From contig JBAZJZ010000001.1 of NCBI GenBank assembly GCA_041650995.1, positions 299,302-363,301 on the forward strand: 64,000 nt of DNA, in the 5' to 3' direction. The position numbers were made by a program, and so were the translations under genes. Origin of the DNA: Patescibacteria group bacterium (lineage in GTDB: Bacteria > Patescibacteriota > Patescibacteriia > XYB2-FULL-38-15). Below, one piece after another: positions 1 to 9,192 of the stretch; within the stretch, counting starts at the first letter, position 1; every line of letters starts with the position of its first letter. Under the pieces are notes generated by a model. The model searched no databases, had not been told where the DNA came from, and saw only the letters and a program-made list of their open reading frames with translations.

Positions 1-1
1 T

Positions 2-349
2 TTGTTTATAAGTTTGTTCGGCAAAAACGGGTTTAACCAATCCGGATCTCACCAAAAAATTTCCCTCTATCTCCTCAGCCTGCTTATGCAAATCCATCAG
101 CAAATCGTAAACTTTTTTTCCCTTTTCTCTTACTACCTTCATTTGGTCGAGCATCTGTTCTGTGGTGTAGTTTTTATAGCCGTACATTGATAATCGAACA
201 TTTTCTTCCTGAAAGTTTAGATATTCGTTGTACAAAGATACGGACTGCTTATCAAAATTTTTTGTTTCTTTTGTTAAATTTTTCCAGGCAAAAAATGAAG
301 CTCCTGCGATCACCAAGATTATCATGATAAAAACAATTATTTTTTTCAT
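2..349 (-). CDS. Membrane-anchored hypothetical protein (partial, runs off window start)
   Basis: Manual translation from ATG at 349 gives MKKIIVFIMIILVIAGASFFAWKNLTKE..., open to the window edge, with an N-terminal hydrophobic anchor. Not in the ORF track. Confidence 0.7.
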   Translation of the reverse strand, partial: MKKIIVFIMIILVIAGASFFAWKNLTKETKNFDKQSVSLYNEYLNFQEENVRLSMYGYKNYTTEQMLDQMKVVREKGKKVYDLLMDLHKQAEEIEGNFLVRSGLVKPVFAEQTYKQ

Positions 350-425
350 AAATTTAATATTATTCTTTAGTTCTATAATTTTATTATCTCATTATCTTGT
401 CATCTGGTCAAAATAAAGGTTTCTT

Positions 426-457
426 TGGCTTCGGGGGTGGGATTCTTTCCGAACCCC
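426..457 (-). repeat. Degenerate copy of the tRNA-Asn 3' end (older att scar)
   Basis: tggcttcgggggtgggattc matches tRNA-Asn 12485-12504 tggctccgggggtgggattc at 19/20, then continues tttcc-gaaccc. Confidence 0.75.
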
Positions 458-462
458 AACAA

Positions 463-498
463 TGAAAAAACGAGTATCTAGTGACACTCATTTTTTCA
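463..498. terminator. Hairpin, probably the pre-insertion tRNA-Asn downstream terminator
   Basis: Imperfect inverted repeat tgaaaaaacgagtatc-tagt-gacactcattttttca lies immediately left of the att core. Confidence 0.5.
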
Positions 499-609
499 TG
501 GCTCCGAGCTGTGAGAGAACTTAGAACTATCATTTTAAGCGGTTGGAAGTCCTACGAACTGGACGCGGCCGTGGATATGCTGGAAGGAAAGTTCCCACTA
601 AACTACTAA
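499..609 (+). other. Displaced 3' end of the integrase gene (36 codons, WLRAVRELRTIILSGWKSYELDAAVDMLEGKFPLNY*)
   Basis: Open frame starting at the att core in the same codon phase as Trp524 of the recombinase. A second copy at 1047-1112 differs only by synonymous or conservative changes. Confidence 0.7.
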
Positions 610-649
610 TTCGATAAATTCCCTAAAAACTGGCGAGGAAATGAGAAAA

Positions 650-976
650 TTACTTTTTATACCCAACTACTAAATATAAAATTCCCGGAATAAGGGGTGT
701 AAGCAAATTAACGCTGAAGTTTGCGTCCGTTAAAAGTCCGACAACAAAACCGATTATTATAGGAATGATCACAAGAAATCCTCCTGCCTTGGGATATTTC
801 CAACCCAAAACCAAGCCGATAAAGACCAGTGGCATCATGGCCAGCGCGACATTTTCCCATAATGAATAATCCGGCTTGGCAAACGGCAAAGGATTGCCGT
901 AGCCGAAATAAAACGGCAAGGTAAAGATTAAAATACACAATGCAAGTATTCTGGCAACCCATTTTATTGCTTTCAT
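650..976 (-). CDS. Small four-TM membrane protein
   Basis: 108-aa ORF with four hydrophobic segments, flanked by ~63 bp direct repeats. Confidence 0.75.
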   Translation of the reverse strand: MKAIKWVARILALCILIFTLPFYFGYGNPLPFAKPDYSLWENVALAMMPLVFIGLVLGWKYPKAGGFLVIIPIIIGFVVGLLTDANFSVNLLTPLIPGILYLVVGYKK

Positions 977-1046
977 ATTTTTATTGTTAGTTTAATTATT
1001 TTAAATTCCATCTATATTATAACAGGAATCGTTTTTATATGATATA

Positions 1047-1115
1047 TGGCGCTCCTACGAACTGGACGCAGCCGTAGATATGCTGGAAGGAAAGTTCCCA
1101 CTGAACTATTAATTC
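1047..1115 (+). repeat. Direct repeat of 544-612
   Basis: tcctacgaactggacgc(a/g)gccgt(a/g)gatatgctggaaggaaagttcccact(g/a)aacta(t/c)taattc. Confidence 0.9.
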
Positions 1116-1705
1116 TTATGACGTTCTATCTCACGCGAAATTTTCTCTACCCCTTTATTGATCCCTTCAATATTTTTTGCCATCTCGTAAATTGGTGGCG
1201 TACCAAGCTGCCGTTCAACTAAACTCTTAAAACCCATAAGGTATTTATCGTTATAAGTATGTTCAAGGGAGTGATCACTATATTCCAACGAGATGGTCAC
1301 ATCTTTTTTCTGCAGGTCGTCTACTCTACCTACCAAAGAGAGTAAGGGAATTTTTATAGTTTGTTGAGGAGCGAGGGTGGGAAGACCGTTTTTTATAATT
1401 TCGATCTCGTTAAGATTTTCCTTCTCATTAAAAAGGGTCAAATTTCCGTCCACAATAAAGGAAATATTTCGAGCGATTCCGTTCCCGTAGTTACCGATCA
1501 CTAACTCTATCAAATTCAGCCAATCTTCCCTTTGAGCAATAAAAACTGCTATCCGAGGACGTCTATTTTCCTCCTCAGTTTTAGACATCAGCTGAACTGT
1601 GCGTTTCGTTTGCCATGCATAATAGGCCGTTATAACCACTAGCAGTAAAGTAGCAACTGCCTGAACAAAACCGCTATTATTATTTAACCAATTGACTATT
1701 TGCAT
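1109..1705 (-). CDS. Hypothetical protein with N-terminal TM helix
   Basis: 198-aa ORF, 4 bp downstream of the large ORF, with TM segment AVATLLLVVITAYYAW. Confidence 0.75.
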   Translation of the reverse strand: MQIVNWLNNNSGFVQAVATLLLVVITAYYAWQTKRTVQLMSKTEEENRRPRIAVFIAQREDWLNLIELVIGNYGNGIARNISFIVDGNLTLFNEKENLNEIEIIKNGLPTLAPQQTIKIPLLSLVGRVDDLQKKDVTISLEYSDHSLEHTYNDKYLMGFKSLVERQLGTPPIYEMAKNIEGINKGVEKISREIERHKN

Positions 1706-1709
1706 AAAA

Positions 1710-4700
1710 TTAATCCCAACGTAAATCTGTTAAATCTGATTCGATATCATGACCTTTAGCTTCGTTTTCGTATGACTCAGAAATAGACTTAAGCAATGCT
1801 CCAGTTCTTGGCCATCTATTTTTTACAGAATCACTCATAGCCTTATATCTTTGAGATAATTCACGCTCCTGCTTTCCTCCATCCATTAATCCGCGAGAAG
1901 TGACTCCTCGGCTATTATATATTTCAACTTGAACATGTTCGTCAATCGTCTTACTATTGAGCTTCTCTATAAGGTTTCTTACGGCTGTATGAGGCCATAC
2001 TCCATCTGGATCGCTGGGTGCATGGGCTAGTATAAAGCCTATCTGTAAATCGCCACCGATTGTGTGATTTGTTTCGGCACATTTCTCCCTGGCAGATTCG
2101 ACCCACTCAGTCAATTCTTTTTCATCGACACTTCCGTCACTTTTTACGCCCGGCAATAGATACCAAGAGTCTAGTGCTTCGCGGGCAACACGTGCTCGTC
2201 TTTCAAGTAATATATCATCCACTTTTTCTTTTTCCGGATCGGGCGCACGATCATCTCGCCTGTAAATAAATGAAATTAATTGGGCAAAAAAACCTGGGTC
2301 TTTTTGTAATAATCTATGAATCGCAGTAGATGATGAAGTATATCGTTTTAAATCGTCAAAAAGAGCAGCGAAAGGCCATTCTAATTTAACCATTTCTTCC
2401 ATGGAGAGATCATCATTTTTATAGAGCTGATCGAAAACATGACCCAAATGATATTCCTCCATTACACCTGCTTTTAACTTTTTATCCTCAAGCTTTAAAA
2501 TCTCTTCGAGTAATCGTTTAAGTAATATACTTGGAAGTAATAACTTGGGATCGCCCGCAATCCGTAATGCCACCTCTGGCCGTTTTACATCGAGTAGTTT
2601 TTCAATAGCAATAGGTGCTTCCTCGCTTTTGTCAGCCCTAGAATAACCGCTTGCAATTTTCCAATAAGCCTCCTCGGCCTCTTTACCTTGGGAGTTAACG
2701 GCTGACCAGGTTTCCGCGTTTTCTGGTAATCCAAGATACAAAAGCGCACACGCTTCAGATGAATAATTCCCCTTGGTTTTTAAACGTTTGATTTGCTGCT
2801 CAACCCATCCTGGTCCAGCGACCTCAACTCTTCCAAGTGCGTATCCTCGGATAAGAAGCGATGCATCGCCAATTCGGTCGATCATCCCATCTAAATTTTT
2901 TGCATCCTCTTCCTCGTCACAGATTACTTTACCGAGCGCATGACCAAGAACTCCTACGTATTGGATCGTTCCAGCATATTCGATAATTCGCTCTAAGGAT
3001 GCCTTGTCGAGTACCTCACGAGCCACTTTTTCTCGACTCGCATTTATAGTGGTATCCTTTGCGTCATATCCTTTTGGCTCCCCCTCGGGTAATCGTGGCC
3101 ATGGATCACTTAAAAGCCAGCCAACACGGTCCAGTATGTCTTCGGGTTGGAATTTTTCAAGCACTCGATATAGAGCAGGGACTTGTTTTTTTCTTTCATC
3201 ATCTCCATAGCTATTGACCCAATTACACGCCTCTCTAATACATTGGAGCAACCTAATTTTTTCTTCCCTTGAAAATGAATTAATATCGGCTTCTTCGAGT
3301 GTATTTAAAAGTTTTTCCCTGATTTCTAAAGGTAGTCGCGTAAATTCGTCGACGGATGAAATAAGATTCTCTCTTGAACATGCTAAATCGGTAAGTTTCG
3401 GTATTAATCCAGCCACATACTTCTGATGAGTCTCATTGCCTTCTGGCTCAAGTCCACGGCGATTGCCACCCATATCGCGCCAGCGAAACCGGTGTGCTTC
3501 GCTCATAGAACCATCCCCAAAATAATGCTGAGCGAATTTCCAAACAGTCTGCGAATCTTTAACAGTTATTGTGTCCCATGTAGCCAAACGTTCTTCTGGT
3601 GTTGCATACGTTTGTGGAAGCCCAGGAACAAAAATATCTTTCAAACTATTTATGGCTCGATTATTCCAGGTGCCGCCCTTATCAATTCTGGCTAGATCAA
3701 ATAACAAATTCACTGCGCGAAAAAAATATTCTGAGCTCCATGCCATACCCTCTAATGCCCAAAGTAAGCCAGAATGTTTACAGTCACCAAATATACCTCC
3801 CTCGTCAGTCATTAATTCCTGAAAAAGAGCTGGAAATTTTTTTATTTGTTGTTCTGTGGCCTCCATAAAATCATCTGGGGCAGCCTCAGCAAGAAGTGGA
3901 GTGACGTCTTTCAAAGATGCCCAAGTCTCCCATTTATCTGCATTAGCAAAAACTTCTTTGACTACTTGATTAGCAAAGGTTTGTGTAGATGAAATATGCG
4001 AGGAACGATTTCCATATACCGCAATTAGGACTAATGATTCCACTATACCGGTTCTAAGCCATTCTGAGTAAGGGTTTGATTTACCGTAGATTCCCGCTGC
4101 CCATCGTTTATCAGCAGACAATTCATATTTTGGGTCTGTCTTAGTAAGAACTGAAAGGATCGCTCGTTCAAATAGCTTCAAATCAGCTTCAGTCAAATGC
4201 TGTGCGAGCATAAACCATGCATCCAGTGGAGATTTAAGCATCCAAATGCTCCCGACTTTACGTATTGGAGCGTCATCAGTTGAAAGAAATGGTTTTAATT
4301 TTTCAATAAATTTATCGTGCGATTCTCCTGATAAAAGCTCAATAACTTGTCTATCTCCGTCCTTGCGTTCGTCCCAAGAACCAACAAATAAAACAGGCAA
4401 TAAAACCCTGGCTGAGGTTTCTTCCGCCCAGGTTGGGGCCTTTGCACTGGATAAAAATAGATGCCGACGCAGCACCGGAATACTTCTGCCCATATCACGT
4501 GCTATACGTTGAGCCTCTACTTCAGATAGACCATTTTTATTTAAATTCTTCTCAATTATTTCGCGTCTAGGACGGGATAATTCAAAAAGATTGCTTCGAA
4601 AATCGATTGATTTAGAATCAGCGCTAAGAAAAACATAATGACCTTTTTCAACTGCAAAACCTGCTGCTTCCCGGCACTCTGCCGGAGCGGCTATAATAAG

Positions 4701-5495
4701 AGAATTCTGGAAAGTAGTAGCACAAGACCTTAGCTGGTTAATGTTTTCAACTAATACGCAACGAGACAGGGCTCGTATTTTTTCGTTTTCAGGAAGGTTT
4801 GCAATCGCACTATACAAGAATGCAAATGGTTCATCGGGAGAATCTCCGCGGACCTCAAGAATCGAAGGACCTTTGGCTATCCATTGCTGAATCCTTTCCA
4901 TATCTGAAAGGCGGCCGCCAATAACAATCTCCGTTGTCATTTTAGGTTTTGTTGCAGCTGACCATTCTTCCCAAAAACCTTCTATATCACGAATGTTATC
5001 TGATAAATTCTTAATTTGTCTGCCCAACCATAGAGCCACGGCTGGAGCTAAATCAAGCCATTGCTCAATAGCATCGGCAGCAATTACTCTGACATCTTTC
5101 CAAGCGGCAGTGGCTCTTTTTTCGTTTTGCCATTTTACTCTACCAGGCCAAGCTCTGGGAGTAACAAAAACAAAACTGGTATCTTTCTGGGTAAACCCTA
5201 AAGGATCGGCAGTGCGTTTTAAGTAATCCTCTTCTGCTTTTTTACCTGGCGAAGCTTCTGTTCCGATCTCCCAAGCAGAACTTCCTGTCGGGAAAAGAGT
5301 AGAAGCTACGGGTGTTTTTAAACGACCATCCCATCCGGGATTTGCAACGCTGTCACCACTAGGAAACTCAATTTCTTCAATGGTTGGAGCAGTAGCAAAA
5401 ACAAGACGGCGGATAAGTTCCGGCAACGTCTGAGCACAATGTCGTTGATTGCTAGTTATCCAATTTTTAATATCTCCTGCTGTTATCCACTTCAT
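1710..5495 (-). CDS. Large multidomain protein: N-terminal PD-(D/E)xK-like domain, degenerate NTPase-like region, helical C-terminus; candidate defence protein
   Basis: 1261-aa ORF with motifs LPELIRRL, FPSGD..PGWDG..WEIG and C-terminal DGVWP...NSRGVTSRG..GG.QER. The function is inferred from island context. Confidence 0.6.
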   Translation of the reverse strand: MKWITAGDIKNWITSNQRHCAQTLPELIRRLVFATAPTIEEIEFPSGDSVANPGWDGRLKTPVASTLFPTGSSAWEIGTEASPGKKAEEDYLKRTADPLGFTQKDTSFVFVTPRAWPGRVKWQNEKRATAAWKDVRVIAADAIEQWLDLAPAVALWLGRQIKNLSDNIRDIEGFWEEWSAATKPKMTTEIVIGGRLSDMERIQQWIAKGPSILEVRGDSPDEPFAFLYSAIANLPENEKIRALSRCVLVENINQLRSCATTFQNSLIIAAPAECREAAGFAVEKGHYVFLSADSKSIDFRSNLFELSRPRREIIEKNLNKNGLSEVEAQRIARDMGRSIPVLRRHLFLSSAKAPTWAEETSARVLLPVLFVGSWDERKDGDRQVIELLSGESHDKFIEKLKPFLSTDDAPIRKVGSIWMLKSPLDAWFMLAQHLTEADLKLFERAILSVLTKTDPKYELSADKRWAAGIYGKSNPYSEWLRTGIVESLVLIAVYGNRSSHISSTQTFANQVVKEVFANADKWETWASLKDVTPLLAEAAPDDFMEATEQQIKKFPALFQELMTDEGGIFGDCKHSGLLWALEGMAWSSEYFFRAVNLLFDLARIDKGGTWNNRAINSLKDIFVPGLPQTYATPEERLATWDTITVKDSQTVWKFAQHYFGDGSMSEAHRFRWRDMGGNRRGLEPEGNETHQKYVAGLIPKLTDLACSRENLISSVDEFTRLPLEIREKLLNTLEEADINSFSREEKIRLLQCIREACNWVNSYGDDERKKQVPALYRVLEKFQPEDILDRVGWLLSDPWPRLPEGEPKGYDAKDTTINASREKVAREVLDKASLERIIEYAGTIQYVGVLGHALGKVICDEEEDAKNLDGMIDRIGDASLLIRGYALGRVEVAGPGWVEQQIKRLKTKGNYSSEACALLYLGLPENAETWSAVNSQGKEAEEAYWKIASGYSRADKSEEAPIAIEKLLDVKRPEVALRIAGDPKLLLPSILLKRLLEEILKLEDKKLKAGVMEEYHLGHVFDQLYKNDDLSMEEMVKLEWPFAALFDDLKRYTSSSTAIHRLLQKDPGFFAQLISFIYRRDDRAPDPEKEKVDDILLERRARVAREALDSWYLLPGVKSDGSVDEKELTEWVESAREKCAETNHTIGGDLQIGFILAHAPSDPDGVWPHTAVRNLIEKLNSKTIDEHVQVEIYNSRGVTSRGLMDGGKQERELSQRYKAMSDSVKNRWPRTGALLKSISESYENEAKGHDIESDLTDLRWD

Positions 5496-5596
5496 AAATT
5501 ATTTAAATAATTATTCACAATAGAGGGTATTCCATTTTCGTAAGATTTTCGGTATACTATAAATATATCACTTAGTTTTAAAAACATCAATCCATT

Positions 5597-7195
5597 ATGC
5601 CTATACCAATTACAAAAAGACAAAAAGAAGTTTTAGACTTCATTAAGGGGTTCGTAAAAAAGAAGAAATATCCCCCAACTCTAGAGGAAATATGTAGTGG
5701 GCTTAAGCTTTCCGCTGTATCTACTGTTCATCAACACATTGAAGCTCTTGCCGAAAAAGGATACCTAAAAAAGGCCGGCAATAATGCCCGGTCAATTGAT
5801 GTGAGCGAACCAGAAACAATGATTAAAATTCCTCTACTTGGAACAATTGCGGCCGGAGAACCGATTGAAGCAATTCAGCAAAATGAATTTATTGCTGTAC
5901 CCAAAACAAAATTACCGGCGCATGGTGAAGTTTATGCCCTTCGAGTAATTGGCAACAGTATGATCGACGAGAATATTAACGATGGAGATATTGTCCTGGT
6001 TAAACATCAGAGTACAGCTGAAAACGGCCAAAAAATTGTCGCGCTTATAAACAATCAAGAAACTACCTTAAAAAAATTCTATAAAGAAAAGGGGCACATA
6101 CGTTTACAACCGGCAAATAAAACCATCGAACCTATTATTTTAGACAGAGGAACTCCATTGGCTATCCAGGGAATAGTTTTGGATGTAATAGAAAGTCAAC
6201 CAAGAATAGAGGTCTCAAACAAACAAGAGCCAAAAAAAGAGACTGCGCAGCAACTCCTTTCGCTATCACAAAAGAAAATTAAAATTTCTCATAAACCAGC
6301 CACAGATGCCGACGTGATACTTTTTCATGGTGACCGGCTTGATCTTATGAAAGGATTACCTGATAAATCCGTAAAACTTGTCGTCACTTCACCACCATAC
6401 AACATTGGCAAAGAATACGAAAAAAGAAAAGATTTAGATTTGTATCTGGCCGAACAAGAAGAAACTATAAAAGAAGCGATCCGTATTCTTACTGATGATG
6501 GCAGTATTTGCTGGCAGGTTGGAAATCATATCGGCAAAGACGGTGAGGTCTTTCCGCTCGATGCGCTCATTTATGCTATAGGGAAAAAACTAGGTCTTAA
6601 ATTACGGAATAGAATTATTTGGCGATTTGGGCACGGCCTACATTGTACAAAGAGGTTTTCAGGACGACACGAAACGATTGTTTGGTTTACCAAGGGCGAT
6701 AATTATACTTTCAACCTTGATCCTGTCCGCGTGCCCCAAAAGTATCCAGGCAAAAAGAATTTTAAGAAAAATGAAAAGTATGGAACCTTATCAGGCAATC
6801 CCCTAGGAAAGAACCCTGAAGATGTGTGGGATATACCAAACGTCAAAAATAATCATCCGGAAAAAACAAATCATCCATGCCAGTTTCCAATTGAGCTTAT
6901 AGAGCGTTTGATATTATCCATGACCAACCCGGGAGATGCTGTGCTTGATCCGTATTTGGGCGTAGGGAGCGCAATCTGCGCTGCAGTGATTCATAACCGC
7001 AAAGGATATGGATCGGACATTATGAAGGGGTATTTGGATACTGCTGAAGAAAGAGTCAAGGCAGCTGCAAATGGCACACTAAACCGCCGGATGATGGGAA
7101 CACCGGTTTATCAACCAACCAGCAATGTAAAGCTTGCTGAATTACCAGATGAGTTTAAGAAAGCTCGTGAGAGTCTATTTGGGCCCGGGCTTTGA
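5597..7195 (+). CDS. lexA: LexA repressor fused to a beta-class amino (N4-C/N6-A) DNA methyltransferase
   Basis: LexA HTH (PPTLEEI...STVHQH), AAG cleavage site, catalytic GNSM and TLKK, followed by MTase motifs VTSPPY, HPCQFP and DPYLGVGS. Confidence 0.9.
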   Translation: MPIPITKRQKEVLDFIKGFVKKKKYPPTLEEICSGLKLSAVSTVHQHIEALAEKGYLKKAGNNARSIDVSEPETMIKIPLLGTIAAGEPIEAIQQNEFIAVPKTKLPAHGEVYALRVIGNSMIDENINDGDIVLVKHQSTAENGQKIVALINNQETTLKKFYKEKGHIRLQPANKTIEPIILDRGTPLAIQGIVLDVIESQPRIEVSNKQEPKKETAQQLLSLSQKKIKISHKPATDADVILFHGDRLDLMKGLPDKSVKLVVTSPPYNIGKEYEKRKDLDLYLAEQEETIKEAIRILTDDGSICWQVGNHIGKDGEVFPLDALIYAIGKKLGLKLRNRIIWRFGHGLHCTKRFSGRHETIVWFTKGDNYTFNLDPVRVPQKYPGKKNFKKNEKYGTLSGNPLGKNPEDVWDIPNVKNNHPEKTNHPCQFPIELIERLILSMTNPGDAVLDPYLGVGSAICAAVIHNRKGYGSDIMKGYLDTAEERVKAAANGTLNRRMMGTPVYQPTSNVKLAELPDEFKKARESLFGPGL

Positions 7196-7849
7196 CCCGT
7201 TGTATTTGCGAAGTTTTATTTTTGCTAGAGCCTCTGTTTTATTTGTTTTGAAAAGCTCTCTAAGAGTTTGGGATTTTGTTTTTTCTTCATCGGTCAAGCC
7301 GATACTTAAAACGAATACCGGAATATCAATATTACTTTCTCCTCGATTCTCAAAATCAACAAGTAGCTGTTCAAATGAGGAAACGCCGGTAGACATCAAT
7401 TTTACTAGCTCACTACTAGGCACGATCTCTATTCCGCATTCGATATATTTGAGATTTTTGAAAATGATCATCTTAGAAAAAATGTCATAACCCATAAAGG
7501 CATATTTTCCAAACTGAATTTCCAACCCAACTTTATTTTTTATTCCATCCATTTCACGAAATCTGCCTTTACCAAAAGCATGACGTGGCTCAACGAAATC
7601 CCGTTTCTTACCGTCTTTTGATTTCTCGGTCCAACCCTTTTTGTGAAGCTCATGTTTTAAATAATCATTCATGTCCACCGGCGAGAAGAGAACTTGTCCT
7701 TTTTTAGTTTTTTCTTTGCTCTCCTTCGTTAAACAAATAGTGCTATCCAAGGATTTTATTGCATTAAAAACTTCCTGAAGTTCTTTCGGGTGTTTTTCTT
7801 TGAGAAATTTCTCTCCGCCCTTAAATGAATAAGTATTGATAACCTTCAT
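7175..7849 (-). CDS. BglII/BstYI-family type II restriction endonuclease
   Basis: EMDGIKNKVGLEIQFGKY motif (E-x-Q catalytic signature). Convergent with and overlapping the MTase gene. Confidence 0.8.
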   Translation of the reverse strand: MKVINTYSFKGGEKFLKEKHPKELQEVFNAIKSLDSTICLTKESKEKTKKGQVLFSPVDMNDYLKHELHKKGWTEKSKDGKKRDFVEPRHAFGKGRFREMDGIKNKVGLEIQFGKYAFMGYDIFSKMIIFKNLKYIECGIEIVPSSELVKLMSTGVSSFEQLLVDFENRGESNIDIPVFVLSIGLTDEEKTKSQTLRELFKTNKTEALAKIKLRKYNGSKPGPK

Positions 7850-7965
7850 AAACCTATCTAAATTAGAAATCCCTTATAACTACAGGATATCAGAGAAATT
7901 GAAAAAAATCTATAACTAAGTTTTTGTCAGCTTTTGCCAGAATAATTTATCCACAGGGGGCCCTA

Positions 7966-7995
7966 TTGACGGCGGCCTTTATGGTCCGCTATTAT
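7966..7995 (+). promoter_or_regulatory. Sigma70-like promoter of the element core operon
   Basis: TTGACG-N18-TATTAT, with a DnaA-box-like TTATCCACA at 7947-7955. Confidence 0.5.
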
Positions 7996-7999
7996 GGAC

Positions 8000-8230
8000 C
8001 TGTAAGATAGGAGTTTGCCTGACGGCGTTCCGATTTATCGGAACTAAGTGAGACGAGGCTACGACTTCTGTCATTAAGCACTACGTGTTTTTTGCTTGAT
8101 GATTAGAAGTGGTAGCCTCTTTTTATTTATATAAATTAATTTAATACCCTTCTGAGGCAATCGCCTGGATAGGACATACATTTTGATAAGACGAGATTAG
8201 AGGCTAGCTCCCAGTTGGGGCCAGCCTTTT
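8000..8230 (+). ncRNA. Structured leader with two terminator-like hairpins
   Basis: Long hairpin GAGGCTAC...GTAGCCTC (8055-8119) plus a U-tract, and a second hairpin at 8201-8227 just before the ATG. Confidence 0.45.
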
Positions 8231-8431
8231 ATGTTGCCCCAAGAAGCAGTCCAACAATTCAAAGAATTATACGAAAAACGCTACGGCGTAAATCTCACTG
8301 ACGAGGAGGCTTCTTTGCGCGCTAACAATCTTTTTAATCTTTATAAAATCACCTATATCGGTGAACCTTCAATAAAAGACTTTAATAAAAAAGTAGTGAA
8401 AAGCCATGACCTCAAACCAAACCATAATTAG
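8231..8431 (+). CDS. Small hypothetical protein (possible regulator or recombination directionality factor)
   Basis: 66-aa ORF (EAVQQFKELYEKRYGVNLTDEEA), first gene of the operon. Function is speculative. Confidence 0.6.
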   Translation: MLPQEAVQQFKELYEKRYGVNLTDEEASLRANNLFNLYKITYIGEPSIKDFNKKVVKSHDLKPNHN

Positions 8432-8714
8432 CGAAATCCAATTCTACCCCGTTAAGCCCAAGGACGGACTCCTCGGGTTCGTTTCGTTTGTCCTGGACGG
8501 AAAATTCTGGATGGGGTCAGTGGCAGTATTCAGCAGGCCAGATGGCAATTACAGGTTGGTTTATCCGACACGTAAAGTAGCGGGTCAGAATATTAATATT
8601 TTTCATCCGATCACATATGAGGTCGGCCAACAGGTCGAAGTGGCCGTCAGTGAAAAAGTAGCTGAAATATTTAGTGAAAATTATGGACCAGACGAACCAA
8701 CAAGAAGCGAATGA
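8406..8714 (+). CDS. SpoVG-family nucleic-acid-binding protein
   Basis: PVKPKDGLLGFVSFVLD...YPTRK...IFHPI pattern. Confidence 0.7.
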   Translation: MTSNQTIISEIQFYPVKPKDGLLGFVSFVLDGKFWMGSVAVFSRPDGNYRLVYPTRKVAGQNINIFHPITYEVGQQVEVAVSEKVAEIFSENYGPDEPTRSE

Positions 8715-9117
8715 AAAACATTTTAATTGTTTTTTCACTCCGCATAAAATTTTTGATGATGAAAAATTATGCCGGTCATTGACTCACGCCGAACACGGTT
8801 TTTTTACAGCTTTATGCCATTTACATAACCGTTGTGCTAACAAAGATGGATGGTTCTGGCATGTAGATCATTCTTTTACAGATAAAAACGGAAAGAAACT
8901 GGGATTTGCCACCATGGGTTTTGGCAGTTCAACCTGTAAGAGAGCGCGAATTAAATTAGTCAGACTTAAATTGATAGAAATCAAACCGTATATTACCGAT
9001 GAAAGTACTTGGCCGGCTACAATGTATCGCATTAATCCAAAACTCCTCTACGGTACCGGAGACCAAATTGGTCCACGGTCGAAGACCAATTTGAACTCTG
9101 GCCCGGGACCACCATGA
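8674..9117 (+). CDS. Winged-HTH replication-initiator-like protein
   Basis: FFTPHKIF...L..AE...L.HL.NR....GWF...GFGSSTCKRARIKL...LIE pattern, with iteron-like repeats at its 3' end. Confidence 0.5.
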   Translation: MKIMDQTNQQEANEKHFNCFFTPHKIFDDEKLCRSLTHAEHGFFTALCHLHNRCANKDGWFWHVDHSFTDKNGKKLGFATMGFGSSTCKRARIKLVRLKLIEIKPYITDESTWPATMYRINPKLLYGTGDQIGPRSKTNLNSGPGPP

Positions 9118-9192
9118 GCCCCTAAGTAATAAAGAGTAAATAATAAAAAATAATTAAGATTGCCTAATTAAGGCGAGCAAGCTCGTAAAAAT

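Noticed and set aside
7175-7849. Assigning AGATCT specificity to the endonuclease
   Set aside because: Family membership does not fix specificity, and AGATCT occurs in the window (for example ~36233 and ~60433). A methylome is needed.
7947-7955. oriC from the TTATCCACA box
   Set aside because: Isolated box. Others at ~14202 and ~25399 are also single, with no cluster or dnaA nearby.
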